This document shows positions 48,558 to 61,407 of a stretch of DNA of 64,000 nucleotides, piece after piece (positions within the stretch are counted from its first letter, which is position 1; the number at the start of each line of letters is the position of its first letter). The notes beneath the pieces were generated by a model, which ran no database searches, had not been told where the DNA came from, and saw only the letters and a program-made list of their open reading frames with translations. The DNA is from Yuukianura sp. NJ FZ-2021 (lineage: Eukaryota). The stretch lies in assembly GCA_046563655.1 (NCBI GenBank), contig CM102283.1:620001-684000 (forward strand), read 5' to 3'. Made by a program: the position numbers and the translations under genes.

Positions 48558-48792
48558 CAGGGTGTACCACCAGAAAGGAAACACCAAGAATTCGTTGCTA
48601 TGAGCAACTTCACAAAAACTTGTAAACATGGAGGGGAAAACGTACTCAATAATAACGAGCGTTAAAAAATTTATAACTCAGTGCTTATGATGTTAGGTTT
48701 TTTCTAATATTTGCTACGATTTCCCCCTCATATCCGATCAAATAAACAAAGACATTAGTTTTCGAGTGTTTCCTTTCTGGTGCTACACCCTG
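48558..48792. mobile_element. Tc1/mariner-type MITE
   Basis: TA|cagggtgtaccaccagaaaggaaacac ... gtgtttcctttctggtgctacaccctg|TA. Confidence 0.8.
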
Positions 48793-48958
48793 TATATTCA
48801 ATTCCAGCCATATACAATCAAATTTTCCCCATACTTTAAAAACCTTCCCTATAGAACAAAAATGTTCCCCATGTATTAAAAACATTCCCCTTTAAAAACA
48901 TTTAAAAACAATAAAAATATAGACTACAAAATGTTCCCCTTGTATTAAAAATATAGTA

Positions 48959-49192
48959 CAGGGTGTGGCAGCCAAAAGTAGACACCTCAATTATAAATAT
49001 TTTGTTTATTTTCGTAACTCTGGGAGGAAACTTGCACCGAAGCGCAAAAATTTTTTGCGCTTCGGTAAAAAATTGTTTTGACTTTTGACAATTTTTGAAT
49101 TTGGCTAAATTCTCCCCCCATTATTTACCATTTTTTCGTCGGTTACCCCTAACAACAAATTTAAGGTGTCTACTTTTGGCTGCCACACCCTG
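48959..49192. mobile_element. Tc1/mariner-type MITE, related family
   Basis: TA|cagggtgtggcagccaaaagtagacacc ... ggtgtctacttttggctgccacaccctg|TA. Confidence 0.82.
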
Positions 49193-49858
49193 TACATCTG
49201 TTATTTGGGCTCCGCACTTGTTAGAGGAACTCCACACGTCAAAAGGGCTGCATAACATAATAACATAATAAAATACAGCACCATCTAACACCTTACGACA
49301 AAAACCTGCCAAAACAAGCTCACCACCAAAAAATCACACGAAATAGAACGTTTTCCAAATTTCCCGCCAAAACGTTCTAAACTCCTTTCCTCCCATCCAA
49401 TCACCAACAACACCACCAAAACAACACCACCAAGTCTCAAGACTAGGACGCCATACCATACTCTTATAAGCATGAAAATTGATGACGACACACAAGGGAC
49501 GGAACAATAGCGTCTAATCGATCAAGGAAAAATCAATATTCTCAGGCCGATGATGGACATAAGATACTAACTGATATGCAAAAATGAGTAAGTTGGGTAT
49601 GGTGCACAATTGCAATTTTTTTAGACATTGTACATATGGGTAGTATCAACGTCATGTCAAAATTTCAGACTAGTGCACCACCCCCAACTTCATTTTTTCG
49701 TGGCCAAATTTAACTAAGAAAATCGAAACTATCCTTTACCGTAACGGATTTCGTAGTAGGCCGTGACACTTTGTTTCAATTCTTCCGAATAAGCAAATCC
49801 CAAACAACATTGAACAACACAAAGAAATTCAAACAAACTAAACTTTGGCTAATTGTAA

Positions 49859-50807
49859 TGCCGAATTTACAAATTCCCTTGCCGTTCTTCTTTCTGTTGT
49901 CGTTTCTGCTTTCCTTTCCGATTTTTCGGTTTACAGTTGCCATTCTCGCGACAACAGAATTCCTCACATCTTTCTGATGTGAAACCAGCAAGTAAAGGAA
50001 TTGCATTTGCCGTGTTGTTCAGCGAAAAGTAGTCACCAACAAACTCAAAAGTTTATTTTCAAAACTCTGGGGGGCTATGAGTACGAAATTCAAAAAAATA
50101 CCCTGCGTGATGTAAATTCGTTTTAACGTAATTTGTATGTTGGCCTCAATCTCCACCCAGAAATCAAAAATTTTACAAAAATTGCAATGGAAACAATTTT
50201 GGGGTTTCTACTTTTCGCTGAACAACACTGTAGACGTGCCGTTCCCATGTCATTCCTTTTTACTTTCCTTCATTTTCAAAAGTTGAACCGAGTTCAAGGT
50301 AAATTGAATACTCCTAGGTACGGTTTATTTACAAGAAGAAAGAATTGAGGGATTTTTTTCCCCTCGGCAACGTCATTTCTACCGTGAGTTTTTAAATGTT
50401 CGATGTATGTTTTCTCTGTTTCCGTGTTAACACCGTCATTAAAAACTATTTCTTACACTAGAAATCCTAAAAAACTCACTGTATTCCCCACGATGACGTC
50501 ACAGATTTTAATTTACTTTTTCGTTGCCATTGGATACCGCCACTAGCTGAACCGAGTTCAACTTTTCGAAGGAAAGTAGAGAGGAAAATATTTAAATAAT
50601 AATCTTCATATGTTGCTTGGACGATTCTTAATTTTTCTGAAGCAACGATTTACACTTTCTGTGTACAATTCAGAAAGGAGAGAAGAACGGCATGAGAAAA
50701 GATTCCTTTCTGCTCGATTTTGGCAGCAAGTATAAATGAAACAATGAACGTAAAGGTAACGGCATGGGAACGTTCACGGCATAGGAACAGAATGTGTAAA
50801 TACGGCA
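49859..50807. mobile_element. PIF/Harbinger (Tourist)-like MITE with nested inverted-repeat elements
   Basis: TAA|tgccgaatttacaaattc ... gaatgtgtaaatacggca|TAA. Inner inverted repeat at about 50010-50228. Confidence 0.6.
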
Positions 50808-51508
50808 TAAGGACCCATATCCTCTAGCAACGGCGTGTCTCGTTTCGCCACAATTAGCTAACTTTCAGGTCCTCACAGGAATGACTTAGAAAGAAGGTCA
50901 TGGGAAATTGAGGCCTTATGGGCCACGCGAAGATAGCCAAAAATACTACTTTAAAATATATTTTCCTGTAGAAAAATGGATGCTGAATCCATTAAAAAAA
51001 TAAAAACTTTGGACCCCCATCTAGGACCAGAGATAAAGGTGTCCAAAATACCCCCTTCTCCATTGTAAATAGCATTATGACTTGCTATTTAGTGGGAGAA
51101 AGTGGGGAAATCCTTGACCTAGCTTAGCGATTGGGGTATCGCTGGAAAGGTCATGGGGTTTAGAAAAGGATGCAAGAAAAAACGCGCTGGACCCCCTAAC
51201 CTAACAGGAATTTTGTATCGATTTCGGAACGATTTCGACTTCAGTCTGGAGGTTTAGCCAAATTGAACTCGAATATTGCAGTCATGGTAACCAAAATGCT
51301 ATGATACTTGTTTATGTTGATGATTCGTTCAAATTAAAGACTTAAAATTACACATTTTCATTCTCGCATTATTTTTTCAAGTCATATTAAATTGTTTATA
51401 AATTAAAATATTGAGCCCATTAAAGTTTAAATATTGAATTAGTTAATCATTGTACAGTTAAAAATCATTTTAGTCGCAGTTAGTCAGTAGTTTAGCTGTT
51501 ATTGTATA

Positions 51509-54500
51509 ATGCCTAAGTGGACCTGTTCACGTTGTCTTCGGTACTGCGCTGGTTCAGAACGCAAGAGGAAAGCAACCGGAGAAAAGTTCTGGATTCTGTA
51601 CACTTCTGTCGATGCTAGAGCCAACGAAAACGATGTTCTTTGCACATCATGCTCACTCGACATACAAAAATCTTCCGGAAATCTACTCAAAAGAAAGGGA
51701 TACGCTGGACCAGCACATGTTTCTAAGTTTTTCAGACCATCAACCAACCAGAGTAAATTACAATTAAACTTTTTGAAAACCCTTCAAAATTTTTATGCGT
51801 GTTTTACGTTTTAGATTCAATACAATCAGAAAGCGATATCAACCTCTCCATTCAAGACAATCCACCACCAGCCTACATGATCGAGGCATCAACACTGGAC
51901 AGCAGAAATGGACAGCAGCAACTCATGAACATCGACGAAACTTCTATCGATGTCAATCACGTTCACATTCCCGGAATTCTGCGTACTAAATCGACAACGA
52001 TGCTGCTTTTTATGTGGAGACGCAAAAGGCAGACAAAGGATTTCGGGATAGGCCTTACATGATGCCTGGAAGAAGACAAGGATTTTCGCTTCCCACGCAA
52101 CAGAGTTTGCGCACATCATCTGATTGATGGGAAGTTCACATCGGACGCGCTTCAGCAGATAACAGCATTCCGGTCTGGACTAACATCTCCACCTGAAGCT
52201 CTTACTGCATGGATCCATTTCTTGACCAATGACATTAATGCCAACGTTCGGACAGACTTTGCTGAGAATTCCGACCTGACCAATGCAGATTACGAATTAC
52301 TCATTGGAATTTCCAAAGCCAACTTCCAAAGGCTTATGGTAAGCCAAGGTAAATAGAATACTACTAGGTAGTGCGAATGGAAAGTTTGTTTGGTTGCCAT
52401 GTGGAAAAAAAAATGACGTCACCCGCTGAAAATACCGGAATTCTGCCAATTATTGGTGGTGTCCTATAGAAACCCGAAAGACACATCTTGTTTACATAAA
52501 TGCCAGCGGGTTCCAATTTCACGATTACGGTATTTTTCAGCTGGTGACGTCACAAACAAAAAATTGCGTTGGTTGCTATGGGCGCCATTTGCAGGGGGCT
52601 GATGGTAAGCAACATTGAAATGTAGTTTCTCCTGACTTTGACCTTTATAGGTCACTATCAAAAAACAAGTCCCTTTAGTACCCCTACTAAAGCTGTGGTG
52701 TCAGAATCCCGAAATTCCAAGTCCTTGACCCTTTGACCCCTTAAGGGGTCAAAAGGTCACTATCCAAAAATCAAGTCCCTTTGGTCACCGGACTAAAGCT
52801 GTGGCGTCAGAACCCCGAAATTCCAAGTCCTTGACCCTTTGACCCCTTAAGGGGTCAAAAGGTCACTATCCAAAAATCAAGTCCCTTTGGTCACCGGACT
52901 AAAGCTGTGGCGTCAGAACCCCGAAATTCCAAGTCCTTGACCTTTTGACCCCTTAAGGGGTCAAAAGGTCACTTTCCAAAAATCAAGTCCCTTTGGTCAC
53001 CGGACTAAAGCTGTGGCGTCAGAACCCCGAAATTCCAAGTCCTTGACCCTTTGACCCCTTAAGGGGTCAAAAGGTCACTTTCCAAAAATCAAGTCCCTTT
53101 TGTCACCACATTAAAGCTGTGGTGGCAGAATCCAGAAATTCGTTCTCAAGGTCAAAGGTCAATGCCACTAGTGCTAAGTTAAAGGTCGATTCAAGCTTAA
53201 GCTAACGTATGTATTTTTGTTTCTCAGGGATACGCTACTTCCGTTAAAAACAGCACAAACAGATCCCGAAGAAACGCGGTTGCGATGTTTCTGATGAAGC
53301 TACGACACAACTTCTCCAACCGCATCATCGCCTTCATTTTTGGAGTTGGAAGTGAGGCGCTAGTCTCAGAAACAATCACCTCGGTCGCAAACGTCTTGGA
53401 ACAAACATTTGTGCCAAGTTTCCTTGGCTATCAACATGTCACTCGGGAGGAAGTCATTGCCCATCACTCGGTTCCAGCGTTCCTGAAACTACTTCATCAC
53501 GATGATGACGGCAGTGTAATACTGATAATGGACGGCACATACATATATGTTCAACGTCCATCCGACCACAAACTCCAACGGCTACTCTATTCTGGTCAAA
53601 AGCAGCGCCATCTAGCAAAATTCATGACCATTGTCACGAGTACGGGATACATCATTGAATGTGAAGGTCCATATGGAGCAGACGGTGGCAACAATGATTC
53701 TTAAGAAGGATCATCTTAAGAAGTATGATGAAACGCGGAGATGAGTCGGTTCTGGGGTTTCTTGCTGCCGGCGACATCGCAATTTTGGACAGAGGATTTA
53801 GAGATATCGTCTCAGAATTGGAAAGCAACTCGGTATCAACAAACATGCCAAGATTACTTTCCAAAAAACTGAAAAAGTTCTCATCTGAAGAAGCGAACGA
53901 ATCTCGGCAAGTTAGACTTCTACGCTGGATCGTTGAAGCTGTGCGTGCATGGCAGACTCAAAAATAAGTACCACTTTCTTGATCAAGTTGTCAAGAATAC
54001 TCTCATCCCTAAGCTGCGTCCGTTTCTGCGAATTGCCTGTGCATTGACAAACGCTTTCTCAAATCCAATTTTGTCTGCATCTGAAACGCATAGTCACCTA
54101 ATTGAAATGGCTCTTCCACGAATTACCATCAACAATGATTTAGAGGTTGAGGTGAATGAAAAGAGGTTGGCTACAAGACGAGTTGTGCGGAAGAAAGCAT
54201 CTTCCACAGAGGTTACCGATTTCCCCAAACTGGAATTGCCAGCGCTACACAAACTAACGCTCGGTGTTTATCAACTGGAATTAGCTGCAAAGTACACCAA
54301 GGATCACATGTCCGGAGACGGGACTTATGAGATTTTCATCTACAAGGAGGATGTAACACTAATCACTGCCAAGTTACAGTCACGGTACTGTAAAAGGCAA
54401 AAGAGGAAAGTATGGATTCGCTACACCCCGAACCCGAACGGAGTCGAAGCGGAAGACGTAACTGGCTGGTTTTGCGATTGCAAAACAGGGAGCCGAACAC

Positions 54501-54670
54501 TGGGTTGCTGCAGTCACGTGGCTGCAGTAATCCGGTTTTTATCGCATGGCCGTCATCATCCGGCAAGCGTCCCAAAGTCCAAGAGTTTTGCAGAGTTCAT
54601 CTTGGATGCAGCGGAGCAAGACGCAAACGCAAGTCCTTCCGCGTCAGACCAAAGTGACGAAGATGAGTAG
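51509..54670 (+). pseudogene. Spliced DDE transposase (IS5/PIF-Harbinger/ISL2EU-like, DDE_Tnp_4 type) with HTH and C-terminal SWIM finger; frameshifted
   Basis: FLMKLRHN..IAFIFGV (HTH), ILIMDGTYIY..YSGQKQRHL, ILDRGF, RWIVEAV/HGRLK, WFCDCKTGSRTLGCCSH. Exons about 51509-51752, 51815-52338, 53228-54670. Frameshifts near 53700 and 53945. Confidence 0.8.
52650..53140. repeat. 106-bp minisatellite (about 4.7 units) in the transposase intron
   Basis: ggtcact starts at 52650, 52755, 52861, 52967 and 53073. Each full unit holds the palindrome TTTGACCCCTTAAGGGGTCAAA. Confidence 0.92.
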
Positions 54671-55158
54671 CACTAATCTAGTTCCAAATAAATACGTATC
54701 AAAGCTCTTTGGTTTTGTTAATCTAATTTTTACCTAACCTATTCTACGTATAAGTAAGGTCATCGACCTCGAAAATAAAACTGTATAAAAATCTCCCTGG
54801 CGTCAGCGGTTGTGCATTTAGTTATTTGATTTTCAAGTCGGACTTTGTTTAAAAACTCAGTTTTTCGTGGGCCCAGACTTTTACACACAATGGGGTTGCT
54901 TTGGGCATAAAATTCCGCCATTTCCCACGACCTTCTTTGTACAACAACTCTAAAAATTCGTTGATACATGAGGAAGAATTATCAGGGACCAGAATTTGAT
55001 ATTTTGCTGCTAATCGATGCTAAAAAGACGATACAAAGTCCAATTTTGTCTAAGTATTGTATGACACCAAAATTTGGGAAATTGGTCCCTGATCATTGTG
55101 AGCCATGGTCTTCCGGATTTTTAGACACCTTAAACGCATTTTTAGGTTTTATAATAAG

Positions 55159-55729
55159 CAGAGCCCCAAAAAATATTTTATAAACTACCGAAATATTTAT
55201 TTAAATATTTCCTAAAAACTGGCAAAATATTTGCTTAAATATTTACTAAAAACAACAATATTTCTGTAAATTAAAGCATTTAGGCGCCCAAAAACACACA
55301 ATATGTGGTTTAGCATTGTAAATATTATTCGAACTATTAATTTGTGCTGTTGATTTACTCCGGAAGTCATTGCTGTTAAAAATTTATACCGTATTTTTCC
55401 GATTTAGTGAATCCCTTGAAGGAATTTCGGCGGTTCCTATGCAAAAAATATTTTCCGAAGTGCTGTTTGTTAGGTACGGCATATGGTTCGAGTCCCCTTC
55501 GGTTCCTTATTTTTTCTGGCTTGTCCTTTGTTTCCCCTTTATCCCTCTCCCTAGTCCTCACACCCTCCATACCGAAAAATATTGGTTTTTGCCCGAAATT
55601 TGACTTAAAGCATAAATATTTTTCAAAAACCCCAAAATATTTAGCAAATATTTCTTATTTTCAAAAATATTTATAAAAAATTAATAAAAAAATTTAAAAT
55701 ATTGATAAGGAATATTTTTTGGGGCTCTG
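55159..55729. mobile_element. hAT-type MITE
   Basis: TIR cagagccccaaaaaatatt / aatattttttggggctctg with 8-bp TSD ataataag. Confidence 0.85.
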
Positions 55730-55746
55730 ATAATAAGACACTTATA

Positions 55747-55917
55747 AAGCCCAATTTATACTTTTCGTTTCCCGGACGTTGCCCGGGAAAAAGTTTGTCG
55801 TAGGTCACAAATTTAATAAAAATTTCATTATATTTGTATTTAAAATTCCGTTGTTATAGACGCTTACGACAAACTTTTTCCCGGGCAACGTCCGGGAAAC
55901 AAAAAGTATAAAGGCTT
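55747..55917. mobile_element. Short palindromic MITE
   Basis: About 45-bp arms tttcccggacgttgcccgggaaaaagtttgtcgta and reverse complement. Confidence 0.7.
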
Positions 55918-56153
55918 AAGAAAAAGTAAGATGTAATTCTGACATTATTTAGCAGTGCCGACTTTGCAAGTTTGAGCAGTGACTTTGCTTTGTTACTAAT
56001 GGCAATGGCTGACACCAAATCGTAAACAAACGTTGGCTCCCATCCCCCAATAAGTGTCCGATGTGTGAGATGATTTTTATTCAACATTATTAGTAAAAAA
56101 AAAGATAGAGTTGTCAAGGTGATTAATTTCCTGTTTTTTTTTTCTAGACTTAA

Positions 56154-56736
56154 GGACGTGTGTTATGCGTCTAGTAAACAGTAATCGTTAAACTTAGTAA
56201 CCACGATGACCGAGCTTGTGCAGTTAGTAAAAGATGCAGACATCGACAAAAAGAAACACCCTCGTGAGTGGTGAAAAAGGATCAGTGCAAAGTTGATAAA
56301 AAAAAGTGGGCACTTTCAAACAAACAAAATACTGACTCAAGTTCGGTTGCCGTCGTCTGGGTTTTGTCAACAATTTTTCTGAGACAGCGACATTGAAATT
56401 GAAAAACGGTCTGGGTCAGCGTAGGAATGTCATACAGTGACCCACAATGTATCAAACTTTAGGAAAAGACTTGATCTAGTTTCTCGCTAAAAAAAAATTA
56501 CAAAATTTTAGTTGTAACTGTAAAAAAAATGGACCCAAACATTCCACCTCCATATTTACATAGATGGAACTAAAACTTTGTAATTTTTTTTTAGCGAGAA
56601 ACTAGATCAAGTCTTTTCCTAAAGTTTGATATATTGTGGGTCATTGTATGACCTGTCTACGGTGTCGGAGATCATTTTTCATTTCATGTGTTACAGCGGC
56701 ATTTTGACCCCCAGTTTCCAGGGTGTCCGCACACCT
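56154..56736. mobile_element. TTAA-flanked insertion containing a TA-flanked Tc1-type MITE (56435-56646)
   Basis: Absent at the paralogous site near 29552 (ctagactaaagagaaaaagt). Here ttaa|ggacgtg..cgcacacc|ttaa. Inner element TA|cagtgacccacaat..attgtgggtcattg|TA. Confidence 0.75.
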
Positions 56737-56978
56737 TAAAGAGAAAAAGTTTAAAGAAATTGTAGAAAAATTGAAAAGTAGAGAAAAAATTAGACCAACA
56801 GCAAAAGTTTTGCTAACTTTAATTTATTTTTGTTTTAACCAGTAGGAACTGAAATGTATATAATAAATACTACCTTATTAGTAGTAAATAGTAGTAAATT
56901 ATAAATGGTAAATACAAAACCTAAAAAAAGTCATAATTCTAAATATTTTGACTAAAGTCTAAATAATTTTGGAAAACT

Positions 56979-59008
56979 TTAGTCCACTTCTTCTATGGTG
57001 GGGCCAGATGCAGAATGTCCATTAGCTTTAGGTCGCTCACCACCATGCTGCTGACTTCCGGCACGTTGACCTCCATGCAACTTCGTCATGAATGGAGCGC
57101 AATATTTTTGAATTTCACTAAATTTGTCATCATACTCTTCTTTGTCAGCCAAAAGGTTGTTGTCCAGCCACTTCAGAACTTCGGAGCATTTGGACACAAC
57201 TTCCTTCTTCTCCGATTCAGACAATTTGTCCGCCGAAGCTTCTTTCGCCGCTTGTTTGACTCCGAACAAATACGACTCCAATTTGTTCCGAGCAGCGACT
57301 TTCTCCTGTTGCTTCTCGTCTTCCGCTTGATACTTCTCAGCATCCGCAACCATCTTCTCAATTTGCTCCTTGCTGAGTCTTCCCTTGTCGTTCCGAATTG
57401 TAATCTTTTCTGATTTGCCAGTACTCGAATCCTTGGCGGAGACATTCAAAATTCCATTGGCGTCAATGTCAAAGGAAACTTCAATTTGTGGAACTCCGCG
57501 TGGAGCGGGTGGAATTCCGGTTAGGTTGAAAGTGCCAAGTAAATTGTTGTCTTTGGTCATCGCTCGTTCACCCTCAAAAACTTGAATGGTCACTGCCGGT
57601 TGGTTGTCAGAGTAAGTTGTGAAAGTCTTGGACTGTTTCGCCGGAATTTTGCAGTTGCGCTCAATAATCTTTGTCATGACGCCTCCGGCAGTTTCAATCC
57701 CAAGTGACAGCGGAGCGACATCGACGAGCAGAACTTGTTGAAGTGAAGCAGAGTTGTCACCGCTCAAAATGGCTCCTTGCACTGCTGCACCGTAAGCAAC
57801 GGCTTCATCAGGATTGATGGACTTGTTGAGTTCTTTGCCATTGAAGAAGTCTTGAAGCAGTTTTTGAACTTTGGGAATTCGAGTTGACCCGCCAACAAGA
57901 ACAACGTCATGAATTTGACTTTTGTCCATTTTGGCATCCTTCAGAGCTTTCTCTACTGGTTCCATCGTGGACCGAAACAAGTCCAAGCAAAGTTCTTCAA
58001 ATCTGGCGCGGGAAATTTTGGAGTAAAAGTCAACTCCTTCGTGAAGGGCGTCGATTTCAATGCTTGCTTCTGCGTTAGATGACAGAGTTCGTTTGGCCCG
58101 TTCGCAGGCAGTGCGCAGACGTCGAATAGCGCGGACGTTTGAGCTGATGTCTTTCTTGTATTTTCGTTTGAATTCTTCCATGAAGTGGTTGACCAATCGG
58201 TTGTCAAAGTCCTCTCCACCGAGATGCGTGTCTCCTGCAGTTGCGCGAACAGAAAAGAGGGATCCGTCGTCAATAGTCAGAATGGAGACGTCGAAAGTTC
58301 CCCCTCCGAGATCGAAGATCAGAACATTTCGTTCCCCTTGGAGATTCTTGTCCAGTCCATAAGCAAGGGCAGCAGCAGTTGGCTCGTTGATGATTCTGAG
58401 GACATTGAGTCCAGCGATGGCTCCAGCGTCTTTTGTGGCTTGACGCTGTGAGTCATTGAAGTATGCTGGAACTGTGATGACAGCGTCCTTGACCTGTTGA
58501 CCCAAGAATGCCTCGGCAGTTTCCTTCATTTTCAAGAGGACCATGGAACTGATCTCTTCTGGAGAAAACGTCTTCGTTTCTCCTTTAAATTCCACTTCAA
58601 AAATTGGTTTGGATGATTCGTTTCGCACTTTGAATGGCCAGTGCTTCATGTCGCCTTTAATCTTCGGATCGTCATATTTTCGTCCAATCAATCTGCAATT
58701 CAAAAAAAATATTAAGGAATCTGTTTTTTTTTTGTTTTCCTGAAAAATATAATTTTTGAGTTTTCGTTTTCAAACAAAACTTACCTTTTAGCGTCGAAGA
58801 TTGTGTTTTTTGGATTCATTGCGACTTGGTTCTTGGCAGCGTCTCCGATGAGTCTTTCAGTGTCTGTGAAAGCGACATAGCTGGGTGTGGTTCTGTTGCC
58901 TTGGTCGTTGGCGATGATCTCCACTTTTCCGTGTTGCCAGACACCGACGCAGGAGTATGTTGTGCCCAAGTCAATTCCAATAGCAGGAGCTTTCGGAATG
59001 GCTACCAT
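56979..59008 (-). CDS. Hsp70: Cytosolic Hsp70, copy 3; intron 58693-58784
   Basis: All Hsp70 signatures and GPTIEEVD. Confidence 0.97.
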
Positions 59009-59219
59009 TTTGCTTTTTGTCAAAATTTAACTTGAGTAGAAACACTGAACAATAATAAAATTCTGGAAACTTCACAAGTGTAGCAGTGAAAAGTTCAGTT
59101 GAATTTTAGCGTTAACTTTCTTTTTCAGAGAATTGTTAGTTTGGAAGCGTTGGTTTCGCTTTACTTGTGTCAGATTTGCTGGTGTTAAAGTGAGTTGGGT
59201 GAAGGGAAATGGGATGGGG

Positions 59220-59405
59220 TTTTATACCAAAATCCATTGAAAGTTCAGGATGGTTCGTGAAGCTTCCAATGCATTCTGGCAAACGTCTATTGTACTAAAC
59301 ATTCGCGAAGCTACGCGTTCATGCCAGAACATTCTGTAATCCCTTTCACTTTTCAGATCATTCTGTACCTTTCTAGTAATTTCTCCAGTGATACTCTGGA
59401 ATGAA
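59220..59405 (-). promoter_or_regulatory. TATA box and heat-shock elements of Hsp70 copy 3
   Basis: gaaagttcaggatggttcgtgaagcttcc and attcgcgaagct arrays. ttttata at about 59220. Confidence 0.7.
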
Positions 59406-61407
59406 AGGAATCAATATTTTGGAATCCTTTTCATTTAATTTTTTTTATTTTATTTTTAGTATGCTAGGTAAGTTAATTTTTAAAATGAGTTCATTTTCAA
59501 TTGAACAATTGAACAAAGATTGATGTAAAGTTCTTATTGTTTTAAAAAATCTGTTTCAGCCAAGACTCAGGTATAGTTACGATGAGATTCTGCTAAATAA
59601 GTGCGGGAATCAGAAAAAACTTTTCAAAATTTCAACCTTTGGTTCGCATAAGCAGTCTGGTACCTTCGCATTCTGGAGCGACCAAATCGCTTCTGGGAGC
59701 GACCCTGGGTCGCTCGAGGCTGCGACTAAAACGCTTCCAGGAGCGACCGCTTGCGAGAGCCATCTGTTGATTTTGTTACCAAAGCACGGAAAGTCGCTAC
59801 TGGAAGCGACCGGTCGCAAATTTCCTTGAAAAGCGCTGTTGCCTATATTTACTGTGCAGTTTTACATTTAAACCCCATTTTATACGTTTTATACTGATTA
59901 AAATCACATTTTTCATTTTTGGTATATACAATTTTAAACGGATTTTTATCACAAGAATAATTTATGATAAAATAAATTTTAGTGGGCATGTGCCATGCTC
60001 GACTAAGATGTGTTCATCTTCTTCACGGAATGATGAATTCGAGCGTTAATTTAAATATACTCCGCTTGGTTTCAGCCATGATTTAAACCATGGTGTAAAC
60101 CAATTGGTTAAGAACATATGAACCCTGAGTGGACATAGGAGTCCTTTATATTAAAATTTTTAACTTGTGAGATTTAACTAATACTTTAACACAGGGGACG
60201 TAAAATACCGTATTTTTCGGATGTATTATACTGTATTATACGTATAACTGTATAATACGTATTATACATTCTGAATGTATTTAGCAGTGAGGCACTATAA
60301 AAAATACGGGTATTATACCACGTATTATACGAATGATACAGACTACGTGCACTGCTTCAACATACAAAAGATAGTAAGGGTAACATGTCTTGTTAATAAT
60401 TAGTTGATCTAAAATGTATTTCAGTTAAACTTACACTAATGTGTTTTAGGAATTTGTTCTGTATGAATTATTTCACTTATTTGAACATTGGATTAATTCA
60501 GGTTATAATGAGAAATTAACGCATTACAACGTTGCCGATCTGTTCCCTGGTTTTAATTCTCTGGTCGCACCAGGCAGCGACCCGGCCTACTCTAGCGGCG
60601 ACCTGCTCCACTTCCCTTCACTTTTTTGAGAATATCTCGGAAACTGCTTAAGCAATCGAAATCTAAATTACTGATTAAAAAACTAGACAAAATTTCCTAA
60701 ATCGTGGTACCCTGCTTATGCAAAATAAACGCCTCAAACAGCGAAAATTCGGGATTTGAAAACGGTTTTTTGAATAACTTTGTAACCGGTCCGAAGGGCA
60801 AGAAACCCCACGGTGAAAATTTAAAAAACGTAATTTTCTTTCGAATAAATCAAAAAACTCAAACTTTCACCGGTGGGAAATACGTCCTAAACACGAAAAA
60901 CTACAAAGTCGCTTCCACTTGCGACTTTTCCTATCCTGGCTGCGACTAGGTCGCTTTCAGCTGCGACTAGTCGCTTCGGGGAGCGACTTTTCGATTTGCG
61001 ACTCGGTCGCGCCAGGCTGCGAAGGTGCCACAGTGATAAGGGTTAATGATTATCATTGCAGCCTCACAGTCTACGACCTAGCTAATTTGCGCCTGAAATG
61101 AATGACTACGGTTTGGGTCTACTTATGTTGCCACTTCAGGTTCAGGTTGTTTACGTTAAAGCGATTGCAAATGTTGCCACCGATGTGTAGCTGCTGATTC
61201 TAGCACAAAATGGCATGTATGGCTGCACAGGCTGGCCGTTACAATGAAGTTCGCTAACCCTTACCCCAGCCCAACATTTTCATCAGAAAAGCAGATGGAG
61301 AGTTACTACTGCTTATCTGAATTTTTAAGTTTCCTTTCATCCTTTCATTTTCATCTTTCACGCTTATTACTGATCAGTGATCAGTGATCAATTATTGATC
61401 TCATAAA

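Noticed and set aside
59610-61046. GC-rich gcgacc/ggtcgc repeat clusters with an agggTTAA end between Hsp70-3 and HCCS
   Set aside because: Probably transposon-derived, but I could not find a matching left terminus or TSD.
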